From Candidatus Babeliales bacterium (GTDB lineage: Bacteria > Babelota > Babeliae > Babelales > JABCYS01): a stretch of 60,685 nucleotides of DNA. Where the stretch lies: positions 156,168-216,852 of the forward strand of contig JAFGJD010000005.1 in NCBI GenBank assembly GCA_016929235.1. The letters run 5' to 3'. Below are positions 9,972 to 19,062 of the stretch, in pieces (positions within the stretch are counted from its first letter, which is position 1; every line of letters starts with the position of its first letter). The notes under the pieces were generated by a model. That model ran no database searches. It was not told the DNA's origin and worked only from the letters and a program-made list of their open reading frames with translations. Made by a program: the position numbers and the translations under genes.

Positions 9972-11003
9972 TTATGATGCTCGTAGTTCGGCGATGTAGG
10001 CAAGATGGCGAGATCGATTCCATGCAGTTAGAAAGTTCTGGATTTGGTATCGCACACAGGTTTGATCATTGGATGCAAATGCAGGATCATGACAAATAAC
10101 TTCCTGGCGTTGATTATCCCATCCAATAACTGTTAATAGATGTCCGTTATTATATTCCTTAGCTGCTCCCTCGAGTGTACCACGCACACTTACCACAACA
10201 GGAACTCCCCTTTTGAGTACAGCATAGAGCGCCTGAAAGGAAGATAGACGTGTCACGTAGACATGAGCGTTGCCTCTACAATGCTCATACGCGTGTGCGG
10301 TGTTAAATGGCCAGCTTCCATAGGCATCAAGTCCAGAATCATACGATTGTTCGGCAAATGGAACCGGATCAATATGCTGCCTAGTTAAATATCCGACGAG
10401 CATACTCATAGAGGTAGGAGAACATAGGCTATCTGCTCGTGGATGATCAAGGATCATCTGGGAGAGCTGCGGGACCTGGGTCAACTTTAATGATGGCAGC
10501 TGTGGTACTTCCTGTGATGAAGGAAAATGTGATAAATCTGATATACAAACATGAAGTCTGTGGAGTAATGCAAGATCAGCACCATTTTTACTCTCTACTT
10601 TAATACGGAATGCATCCGCATACGTCCCCCTGGGTATCTCGAGACGTACGTGATGAAAGTTCGTTTCACGATCCGTTGTACTGTTGTATGATTTTTGTAT
10701 GCTTTTACCCCAGTCACTCATATGATGCCACGGATACCATTTCTTGGTGGCTTGGTCTCGAGCTTGTACCATAAAACTAAAATGCCCCTGTGGCCTCATT
10801 GCATTCCATGAAAAAACAAGTTGGGTAAAGGGATGCGTACTTGATCGGCTAAAAACCACCACGCCACGCTTGCTACATGTAATCGCTTCGTGTGTTGTTA
10901 TTGTTTTCTTATAGGTCCATGTCCATTCAGCATCGTGTGACTCTACACATATGGCAATACTCCCCACCATAACTGCTGCGATTATTGCTCTCCAAATACT
11001 CAT
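9972..11003 (-). CDS. Exported C39-like cysteine peptidase
   Basis: VPQLSQM, CSPTSMSM, GHLLTVIG and HDP (Cys-His-Asp triad); signal peptide. Confidence 0.85.
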   Translation of the reverse strand: MSIWRAIIAAVMVGSIAICVESHDAEWTWTYKKTITTHEAITCSKRGVVVFSRSSTHPFTQLVFSWNAMRPQGHFSFMVQARDQATKKWYPWHHMSDWGKSIQKSYNSTTDRETNFHHVRLEIPRGTYADAFRIKVESKNGADLALLHRLHVCISDLSHFPSSQEVPQLPSLKLTQVPQLSQMILDHPRADSLCSPTSMSMLVGYLTRQHIDPVPFAEQSYDSGLDAYGSWPFNTAHAYEHCRGNAHVYVTRLSSFQALYAVLKRGVPVVVSVRGTLEGAAKEYNNGHLLTVIGWDNQRQEVICHDPAFASNDQTCVRYQIQNFLTAWNRSRHLAYIAELRAS

Positions 11004-11211
11004 GTTGCCTCTCTAGTACGCACCATATGTCGATACATCTATAAGATCCCCCGTATCTATAATGGTACTAAAAACTATCCTTCTTGCTCAAGGGTCGCAA
11101 TCAAGATAAGACTGGTACTATAGCGCAAAAACAGACATCATCACACATATTTTTTTGAAATTATACCGTCACGGCATGCACTTAGGCTACGATGGGAAAA
11201 AGGGGAAAACT

Positions 11212-12414
11212 ATGATACAAAGAATTTTCATCTGCATACTCTTGTGCACTCCACAAATAGGGTTAGGTTACAAAGCAGTTTGCAAGGTACCTGTCGCAGA
11301 TCTACTTGGTGAATCAATGATGGTGATCAAAAGCAAACCGGATGGCGTTCACCACTATTCCTCAATACCGTATGCAGAAAATGGATGTAGTTTTGGATGT
11401 CCGCGACTTCATCAATTATTGTTTAACGAGATCGTAGAAGTACACCAAGTCGCTGACAACGAAGCCCTTATTGAAATCCCTAACGTATATTATCATACTG
11501 CCACTAACATGACCCCGCAAACCACATACTGGACAAGCGTCCGTAATCTTATCGCGCTTTCTGAGCTAGAAAAAAAAGGAATCAATCTTACACACGCATT
11601 TCCACAGCCGATTTCATATCAAGCAACAAAAAATAGTGAGCCAATTATTGTACTTACACGACCACATTATGATCCAACAACACATACGGTGTATTCTGCA
11701 GGAACGCGATTCAAGCTCGCCCAAACACCAGAAAACAATAAGCCTTATACCGCATATGTCTTTAATCCACACACCGAAACCATTGTTACCGTTCCCATTA
11801 CACGATTACACGGCGCTATTCAACACGCATCTTCACCAGAACATGCACAAAATAATTTTGTACAACTAGTACGTTCATGGGCGCATGTAAAGGATGGCGT
11901 TGTTCCTTATGTATGGGGTGGCTGCAGTATCGGATTGCCTTGTAAAAATACTTTCGAAAAAAAGGAAAATAACGGAAAAACATATTTTACATGGCGAGGA
12001 ACACACGCACCAAAACAAGGGGTTGACTGCGCCGGCCTTGTTGCTCGTGCCGCACAAATTGCAGGCCTTCCCTATTTCTTTAAAAATACTACAACTCTCG
12101 CACATGGACTTCAGGAGCTACCATCAGAGGAATCTCCTGTAAATGGCGATCTGATATGGATACCGGGACATGTCATGGTCATCAGTGACGTCACCAAAAG
12201 TCTCCTTGTTGAAGCTCGTCATTACAATCATGGATACGGCATTGTGCACGAGATCACACTCAAAGAGCAGTTTCAGAATATAGAAACGTACAAAGATCTT
12301 GTGTATGCACACACACAGAAACGAGGATTACGTCGCTTAAATAAAGATGGTCGGGTTGTTCAAACAATACCAGAGTTTAAGATTTTGCGCCTTGCAAGCG
12401 TTTGGCGCTCCTAG
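11212..12414 (+). CDS. NlpC/P60 (C40) peptidase with N-terminal SH3-like region
   Basis: PYVWGG, VDCAGLV and GDLIWIPGHV; QLLFNE in the SH3-like part; signal peptide from the ATG at 11212. Confidence 0.85.
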   Translation: MIQRIFICILLCTPQIGLGYKAVCKVPVADLLGESMMVIKSKPDGVHHYSSIPYAENGCSFGCPRLHQLLFNEIVEVHQVADNEALIEIPNVYYHTATNMTPQTTYWTSVRNLIALSELEKKGINLTHAFPQPISYQATKNSEPIIVLTRPHYDPTTHTVYSAGTRFKLAQTPENNKPYTAYVFNPHTETIVTVPITRLHGAIQHASSPEHAQNNFVQLVRSWAHVKDGVVPYVWGGCSIGLPCKNTFEKKENNGKTYFTWRGTHAPKQGVDCAGLVARAAQIAGLPYFFKNTTTLAHGLQELPSEESPVNGDLIWIPGHVMVISDVTKSLLVEARHYNHGYGIVHEITLKEQFQNIETYKDLVYAHTQKRGLRRLNKDGRVVQTIPEFKILRLASVWRS

Positions 12415-13033
12415 AAGCTTGCTCTTTATTTGGGCGAGGCTTTGTTGGTCGCTTGTGCTCTAGCTCAGAATCAGTATAGTCATGCCACGCCTCATTTATG
12501 AGCATACCGAGGGCGGCTCCCAAAATGGCGCAAAGACTAATTGAATAGGCATCCGGTTCACGAATAATCCGCGGGCGTTGATACCCTGTGATCGCATCCT
12601 GCAGAAGTCTTCCTTCAGGACGCAGAACAGGAAAGTTTCGGTCCAATGTAGACTGTAATTCATCATCGTCAGGCATAGGATCTTTCCCCTTGCCCGTATA
12701 GGGAAGTGAACCTTCAAATCGATGCCGATACCAGTCAGGCAAGGCAGCTCGGTCAGGACCACACAATATCTCAACCGCACGGCGCCACGGCTCAATACCC
12801 CTAAATGCGTCTTGTTCCTTCCGCTGCATAGCAGCAATGCGACCTTCCGCAGGACCAGGATCACTAGGGCTAGAGACCCTGTGAGAACGCATGCGGCTAT
12901 CCCACAAACTATGATAGGTTGCGATTGCCCGATCTAAACCGCGCACAGCAGCGTCTTGCAGCTCTTGTGGCGGCCCATCCATTCCGGAAAGACCCATAGT
13001 CACCACGAACAACATTATGAAATATATTTTCAT
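12377..13033 (-). CDS. Hypothetical exported protein with C-terminal TM segment
   Basis: Signal peptide MKIYFIMLFVVTMGLSG; hydrophobic ISLCAILGAALGMLI followed by a basic tail. Confidence 0.65.
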   Translation of the reverse strand: MKIYFIMLFVVTMGLSGMDGPPQELQDAAVRGLDRAIATYHSLWDSRMRSHRVSSPSDPGPAEGRIAAMQRKEQDAFRGIEPWRRAVEILCGPDRAALPDWYRHRFEGSLPYTGKGKDPMPDDDELQSTLDRNFPVLRPEGRLLQDAITGYQRPRIIREPDAYSISLCAILGAALGMLINEAWHDYTDSELEHKRPTKPRPNKEQASRSAKRLQGAKS

Positions 13034-13071
13034 TGTAATAACCCTAAACAACCAATAAACCAGCCTTTAAC

Positions 13072-13115
13072 ACTACAGGCTCTTGCGTGCGATTGCAACG
13101 ACAAGAGCCTGTAGT
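13072..13115. terminator. Stem-loop, probable terminator of the 13151-14281 gene
   Basis: Perfect 14-bp inverted repeat ACTACAGGCTCTTG / CAAGAGCCTGTAGT; U-tract is weak. Confidence 0.6.
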
Positions 13116-13150
13116 TTGTCTCTGGTTAGCTTATAGCTAGGACTTGATGA

Positions 13151-14281
13151 TTACTCAAGTGCCTTTACAGATCCATTATTGTTTTTGTTAACCGAGAGTA
13201 AGATGTTGCGCTTGGTCCATGGATCACAACCCAATTCAGCGTCATCACATCCAATCTCAACACGAAGTTCCGTAAGGACGGCCTTAAGAGCATCCAGCCT
13301 ACGCATCATCTGGACCAAGTCGGCACTCGTTTCTATAGCCGAGTTCCAAGTAGGCCACAATAGAAAGCGTAACCAACTCGTGCTCTTCTTCACATCCTTA
13401 CAATGCAAGACATCACGTTCAAGCTGTAGTGACTTAAGACTTCTTTGATCTTCATAGATCAGAACCAACTCACGATCAATGGCTTGAATCAACTGTTTTG
13501 GAGTAGGCTCCTTAATAACAAGACCTGTTTCAGGATCTTTTAAGGAAAGTCGTCCATGATATTTGTCAGACTTAAGAACTGACATAACGGTTTCTTTGTT
13601 GAGGATAACCGCTTTATCGTCATTCCAGTGGAAACCATCCTTATAGTCGTCCCCCTGACGCCAACGAGCAAAAAGCGTATCATCTTGATTAATAAGTCCA
13701 CGGCGAGAGAAGTCACCCTTCTTGTCATAAACTTTGTACCTGTTGTTGATCATACGAATAGAAAGCCCATCGATAGCTGCAGTAGCTAAACCAGCAACAG
13801 CTGCCATTCCTACACCAACACCTAAAGCAGGAGCAAGCGACATTCCACCAAGGCCAAGTGCCGTAGCAGAAGCAAAAAGACCCAACCGCGGAATGGCATA
13901 GTACGGCATAAAATAGAGCGCGCGATACTTGAGACCCTTCCAAGTCTTAGCAGCTTTTCCCGTAAGCCCCTTCCAGTCGGTTACTGTTTTTACAATGCCT
14001 TTTGCAGCAAAGAACGCTGGTATAGCTGACAAAACTGCAATGCCTGCAGCACCGGGATTACGTCGAATTCCATGAATTGCTGGAGCAGCAACAACATGCC
14101 CCAAAGCCCTAAGACCAGCTACTTCAACACCGTTGGCTGCTTGAATAGCCCCAACTGCAGCGGCGGTCGCAGCAACACCAAAACGTGCTCTTAAATCTGC
14201 AAGGCGCTGTTGGCCAGGAAAGCTGAAGGCGGTTCCAGCCATCAGTACAGATAAAATCATAGTAGTTAAACGTCTCTTCAT
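13151..14281 (-). CDS. Hypothetical exported/membrane protein with Ala/Gly-rich hydrophobic helices
   Basis: GGAGG RBS; signal peptide; several Gly/Ala-rich hydrophobic segments followed by a helical C-terminal domain. Confidence 0.7.
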   Translation of the reverse strand: MKRRLTTMILSVLMAGTAFSFPGQQRLADLRARFGVAATAAAVGAIQAANGVEVAGLRALGHVVAAPAIHGIRRNPGAAGIAVLSAIPAFFAAKGIVKTVTDWKGLTGKAAKTWKGLKYRALYFMPYYAIPRLGLFASATALGLGGMSLAPALGVGVGMAAVAGLATAAIDGLSIRMINNRYKVYDKKGDFSRRGLINQDDTLFARWRQGDDYKDGFHWNDDKAVILNKETVMSVLKSDKYHGRLSLKDPETGLVIKEPTPKQLIQAIDRELVLIYEDQRSLKSLQLERDVLHCKDVKKSTSWLRFLLWPTWNSAIETSADLVQMMRRLDALKAVLTELRVEIGCDDAELGCDPWTKRNILLSVNKNNNGSVKALE

Positions 14282-14448
14282 AATTCCTCCATTTTTGGCA
14301 GAGACTGCATAAGAAAAATGCCTAAAGACACGCTTTAGACATAATCAAGTATACCTTATCGACAAAAACCACTCAAATGGCCTTCAATAAAGCATATTTA
14401 TAAACAAACAAACTAGACAATTATCAACCATATAAGAACGGGGTCAGC

Positions 14449-14525
14449 TGGTGCGCCCGACAGGGATCGAACCTGTGGCCTGCAGATTAGGAATCTGCCG
14501 CTCTATCCTACTGAGCTACGGGCGC
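14449..14525 (-). tRNA. tRNA-Arg (CCT)
   Basis: Cloverleaf GCGCCCG...GCAGA-TT-CCT-AA-TCTGC...GGTTCGAT...CGGGCGC-A-CCA. Confidence 0.97.
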
Positions 14526-14541
14526 AATGCCCTAAAAAAAT

Positions 14542-14618
14542 TGGTGCGCCTGGAAGGATTTGAACCCTCAACCTACGGATCCGAAGTCCGTTGCTCTATC
14601 CAATTGAGCTACAGGCGC
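14542..14618 (-). tRNA. tRNA-Arg (TCG)
   Basis: Cloverleaf GCGCCTG...ACGGA-CT-TCG-GA-TCCGT...GGTTCAAAT...CAGGCGC-A-CCA. Confidence 0.96.
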
Positions 14619-14655
14619 AGCCACTCTATGTTGTAACAGAAATCAGTATCCTTGC

Positions 14656-15405
14656 CTAGGCTTCCTCTGGGATACGATGAAAGTATGCCAAAAACTCTTT
14701 GTTGCCGCTGGAACCTTCAATTGGAGACTCAGTAACTCCAATAGCACTGAATCCTTCTCGTTGAATACCATTAACCACTGTTTTGACCACATTCTGGTGA
14801 ACGGCAGGATCCCTGATGATGCCTCCACGCTCAATCTGCTCACGACGCGCCTCAAATTGCGGCTTAATCAATACTACCAACTGAGCATCTGATTTCATAA
14901 TGGCCTTAATCGCCTCAATCACCTTAAGCACCGAAATGAAGGATAAATCAAGGGTTACTAAATCAACCAGCTCAGGGATCATATCAGGGGCTAGGTGCCT
15001 GAGATTAATCCGTTCCATGACCACAACTCTGTCATCATTCCGAATCTTTTCATGAACCTGTCCATAGCCAACGTCTATGCCATATACCTTCCTAGCACCA
15101 TGCTGAAGAAGACAATCAGTAAAGCCTCCCGTAGAAAGACCCGCATCCAAAACCACCTTATCGGCAACGGCAATGTCGAAGTAGTCTAAGGCTCGCTCCA
15201 ACTTAAGACCTGCACGGGATACGTATTTTGGTTCATCAACCACAAGTGAGACCTCTGCCCCTTCCGGAACCAATGCTCCGACTTTGGTCATCACTTGATC
15301 GTTGACGGTTACATGCCCCTGCATGATCCAACTTTGAATCTGCGTCCTGCTGTATGACGGATATAAGAGCTTAAGCAACTGATCAAGTCGTTGTTTTTTT
15401 GTCAT
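14656..15405 (-). CDS. tlyA: TlyA-family rRNA 2'-O-methyltransferase
   Basis: S4 domain (RLDQLL), YVSRAGLKL, STGGFTDCLLQHGA, DLSFIS, LIKPQFE and GNKEF. Confidence 0.96.
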   Translation of the reverse strand: MTKKQRLDQLLKLLYPSYSRTQIQSWIMQGHVTVNDQVMTKVGALVPEGAEVSLVVDEPKYVSRAGLKLERALDYFDIAVADKVVLDAGLSTGGFTDCLLQHGARKVYGIDVGYGQVHEKIRNDDRVVVMERINLRHLAPDMIPELVDLVTLDLSFISVLKVIEAIKAIMKSDAQLVVLIKPQFEARREQIERGGIIRDPAVHQNVVKTVVNGIQREGFSAIGVTESPIEGSSGNKEFLAYFHRIPEEA

Positions 15406-17056
15406 TGTTAAGAATCCTTACTAAATCCTGAACAAATGGTGAAATCGTATAATGATAATCACGCGCAAACTGATGCTCCTTAGTCAACAATTCACGGCAA
15501 GGGAATACTGCAATCCTATTTTCATGTGTCTTGATAATCAGATACTCATTCTTAATACCCTGACGCACTGCCGCACGGAATTCATCGAGAGTTGTAACAT
15601 GTTGTTCGTTCACTTCTGTAATGATCGATCCAAGCGGCAACGCACGAGAACGATGCACTAAAGAATTTGGGAAAATATGTGTCAAAATCAATGCCGGCTC
15701 ATCCTGCTCTTTCGCTTCAGCATATTTACGCAAATACGGAACAACACCCGAAAGAATCTGTACATGATTCAACGCCAACGGCATCACAACCATGCCACCC
15801 AAGACCTCATATTCCAATGGCTCATACAGCGGATGAACTATACGAATTGGTGTAGGCTGCGCTTGATCAAATGTCAGTGAAATCTGTTTGCGCCGCCCCT
15901 TGCGATAGACAACTAATGAGATCTTTTGACCAATCGTCAACTGCTCAACATAGTCTGCAATGGAAATTTTATCTTCACTCCAATCAACACTCATATCCCC
16001 ATACATATCAATTTTATAATCATTGATCTCATAGATCATATCACCAGGTTGAACCCCTGCTCTTTCTAACAAACTATTGTTATAGACATCGATAACGTAG
16101 GTCCCACTTGGCACGGGGTTTCCTAGATATCTAGCCAATGCTTCACTTCCACTGAGGTGTAAGACTCCAAGAAATGGCTTACGCAAGAATTTCACACGAC
16201 GCAGATCATGCGCAATCAATTTAAATTCATTAATCGGAATCACATATCCAACATTTTGTGCGCTTGGAATACCGCCTGCATTAATACCAATAACTTCGCC
16301 CATACGATTCACTGACGGCCCGCCAGAACTTCCCGGATTAATCGGCGCGCTCATTTGAATATATTTTTGGATACCGATACGCTCTCGACCACTAACAACA
16401 CCCGTTGTACTTTTCAATGACTGCTGCGCCAGCGGATATCCCAAAGCTAGAATCTCATCAGCTCGATACACTTTATCAGAATTGCCTAAAGGCAAGCACG
16501 GCATTTTACCCAATATCTGTACAATATATTTACGATCTTCTTCTTGAATTTTGAGTAATGCAATATCTCGCTCAGGGCACAGTCCCACAACATCAACATC
16601 AATTATTCGCTTGCCAAGCGATGGCATCTGAATCCACACCGAAACTGCATTCAACACCACGTGTGCATTGGTAATAATCTCACCCTGCTCACTTATAATG
16701 AAGCCAGAACCAAATCCCTGGCCCTGTGTTGGTGTTTTATACGGCTCCAACAAATCATACTCTACAATTTGTGCATTAATTTGTACCACTGTATCTTTTG
16801 CACCAGCCTGCGCTGCTGCCCACGGCTGCAGCACTTGTATTGGCTCAGGTTGATAGCTTTCAGGCCGCGCGAACAAAGGCATTTGCGTATCGGCAGCAAA
16901 ACCCTCAACCCGGCTCGCAAGATATCGTTGATTGCTGTAAATGATAATCATAAAACCAGCTAAAACACATAAAAATATAAAGGTTAAAAGCCGATACCAG
17001 AACCCATCAGATCGGTGATAAGAGTACATATAAACCCCTGTCTTACCATGATTCAT
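15383..17056 (-). CDS. HtrA/Deg-family trypsin-like serine protease with PDZ domains (likely start 17029)
   Basis: TNAHVV, DIALL and INPGSSGGP catalytic triad; N-terminal TM; PDZ-like C-terminal region. Confidence 0.93.
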   Translation of the reverse strand: MNHGKTGVYMYSYHRSDGFWYRLLTFIFLCVLAGFMIIIYSNQRYLASRVEGFAADTQMPLFARPESYQPEPIQVLQPWAAAQAGAKDTVVQINAQIVEYDLLEPYKTPTQGQGFGSGFIISEQGEIITNAHVVLNAVSVWIQMPSLGKRIIDVDVVGLCPERDIALLKIQEEDRKYIVQILGKMPCLPLGNSDKVYRADEILALGYPLAQQSLKSTTGVVSGRERIGIQKYIQMSAPINPGSSGGPSVNRMGEVIGINAGGIPSAQNVGYVIPINEFKLIAHDLRRVKFLRKPFLGVLHLSGSEALARYLGNPVPSGTYVIDVYNNSLLERAGVQPGDMIYEINDYKIDMYGDMSVDWSEDKISIADYVEQLTIGQKISLVVYRKGRRKQISLTFDQAQPTPIRIVHPLYEPLEYEVLGGMVVMPLALNHVQILSGVVPYLRKYAEAKEQDEPALILTHIFPNSLVHRSRALPLGSIITEVNEQHVTTLDEFRAAVRQGIKNEYLIIKTHENRIAVFPCRELLTKEHQFARDYHYTISPFVQDLVRILNNDKKTTT

Positions 17057-17123
17057 GTTTGATAGAAATGCAGTATAGTGTATTGTATTAGAATTAAAAC
17101 TCTAGGAAAGGTAGGGCATCGTT

Positions 17124-18458
17124 ATGGCAGCATCTGATAAGCGCTCCAGCGCGACATTAGACAAAATCACTGCTCTGTGCAAACGCAGGGGATTCGTATA
17201 TCAGTCGGCTGACATTTACGGGGGTCTGAACGGTGTCTACGATTTTGGGCCTCTCGGCACCTTACTTAAACAAAATATAAAACAAGCATGGACAGCATCA
17301 CTATTCAAAATAAGTGATGCAATCGTGTTACTCGATGGCGCAATTCTTGCGCCACATGCTGTGTGGGAAGCATCCGGCCATACAGAAAGTTTTCACGATC
17401 CTATGGTAGACTGCCTCAATTGCAAAAAAAGATTTCGCGCTGATGATATCGATCTTGATAAAGCATGCCCTTCATGCGGCATTAAAAAATGGACCGATAT
17501 TCGCCAGTTCCACATGATGTTCAAAACCAACTTGGGTGCACTTGCAGATCAAGCATCTGTCGCATACCTACGCCCAGAAACAGCACAAGCTATTTTCATT
17601 AATTTTAAGAATGTTCTTTCGACATCACGTGTAAAAGTTCCGTTTGGCATTGCACAAATTGGCAAAGCATTCCGTAACGAAATCACACCAAAACAGTTTT
17701 TATTCCGTATGCGTGAATTTGAACAAATGGAACTTGAATGGTTCTGCAAACCAAGTGACGCACAGAAGTTCTTCGACTTTTGGATCTCTGCGCGTGAAGC
17801 ATTTTATCAAACAATTGGTATAAAAAAACAAAATCTACGTGTGCGTAGTCACGAAAAAGAAGAACTATCTCACTACTCAACTAATACATCTGACATCGAA
17901 TATCATTTTCCATTTGGCTGGAAAGAACTTGAAGGCATCGCCTATCGAGGCAACTATGATCTCTCACAACACATGAAACACTCAGGAAAAGACCTTTCAA
18001 TCTATGATGATGCAACCAAAGAATCATATGTACCACATGTCGTCGAATGTTCTGTTGGTGTCGATCGACTCTTTCTCACTGCACTCTTTGACGCGTACAA
18101 TGAAGAAACAATCGACGGAGAACAGCGCATTGTTTTGCGTCTGCATCCATCGCTTGCACCGTACAAGGCAGCATTTTTTCCCCTCACAAAAAAACAATCA
18201 GAACCTATGTATACACTGTATAAAAATATTAAAGATGCAGAAATCCCTGTGCAGTTTGATGACTCTGGCTCAATCGGCAAACGCTATAGACGCCAGGACG
18301 AAATTGGAACACCAGTATGCTTCACGTATGATTTTGATTCTGAAATAGATCAATCAGTCACCGTACGTCATCGCGATAGCATGAAACAAGAACGCATCCC
18401 TCTGGACAAAGTGCTTGAGTATATGAAAAATCTTGAAAACATATTCACACAACAATAG
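17124..18458 (+). CDS. glyQS: Glycine--tRNA ligase, homodimeric alpha2 type
   Basis: LCKRRGF, YLRPETAQ, GKAFRNEITP, FRMREFEQME and GSIGKRYRRQDEIGTP. Confidence 0.97.
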   Translation: MAASDKRSSATLDKITALCKRRGFVYQSADIYGGLNGVYDFGPLGTLLKQNIKQAWTASLFKISDAIVLLDGAILAPHAVWEASGHTESFHDPMVDCLNCKKRFRADDIDLDKACPSCGIKKWTDIRQFHMMFKTNLGALADQASVAYLRPETAQAIFINFKNVLSTSRVKVPFGIAQIGKAFRNEITPKQFLFRMREFEQMELEWFCKPSDAQKFFDFWISAREAFYQTIGIKKQNLRVRSHEKEELSHYSTNTSDIEYHFPFGWKELEGIAYRGNYDLSQHMKHSGKDLSIYDDATKESYVPHVVECSVGVDRLFLTALFDAYNEETIDGEQRIVLRLHPSLAPYKAAFFPLTKKQSEPMYTLYKNIKDAEIPVQFDDSGSIGKRYRRQDEIGTPVCFTYDFDSEIDQSVTVRHRDSMKQERIPLDKVLEYMKNLENIFTQQ

Positions 18459-18469
18459 GTCAATACGAC

Positions 18470-19039
18470 ATGTTGAAACGAATCTATGATTGGATGGGAA
18501 GCAAGGTTCACTCAAAACATGCGGATGCTTTTTTGGCGACAATGTTTTTTATCGAAGCGATCTTCATGCTACCCGTCGATCCACTCTTGATCTTGTACTG
18601 TCTTGAAAATAAGCGAAAAGTATTTTATTACGCAGCACTAGCCACTATATCATCTGTTCTTGGCGGCATTGCTGCGTACACCATTGGCTTCGCTGTTTGG
18701 GAAGCAATTGGCCAACGAATTGTTGACGCATTTATTTCGCAAGACACGTTCAACTATCTGTGCACACAATACAAAACCTATGAATCAGCAGCAGTCCTAC
18801 TAGCATCGTTTACACCCATTCCCTACAAGGCAGTAACACTTACGGCTGGTTTTTGCAAACTTTCATTAATGCCATTTATTTTCTTTTCATGCATTGGACG
18901 CGGCGCGCGGTTTTTCCTTGTGGCAACCGTTCTTCATTTCTGGGGGCCGCAGGTCAAGGCGTATATTGACCGTTGGTTTAATATCCTTGTACTCTTATTT
19001 TTGGTCATACTTATATTCGGCATCTTGGCCTTTCGGTAA
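18470..19039 (+). CDS. YqaA/DedA (VTT)-family membrane protein
   Basis: FIEAIFMLPVD, SSVLGG, FTPIPYK and GRGARFF. Confidence 0.9.
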   Translation: MLKRIYDWMGSKVHSKHADAFLATMFFIEAIFMLPVDPLLILYCLENKRKVFYYAALATISSVLGGIAAYTIGFAVWEAIGQRIVDAFISQDTFNYLCTQYKTYESAAVLLASFTPIPYKAVTLTAGFCKLSLMPFIFFSCIGRGARFFLVATVLHFWGPQVKAYIDRWFNILVLLFLVILIFGILAFR

Positions 19040-19062
19040 TACCGTAAAAAAGGGGATCTGTT

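Noticed and set aside
14451..14636. 61-aa ORF in the track
   Set aside because: Antisense shadow of the two tRNA-Arg genes.
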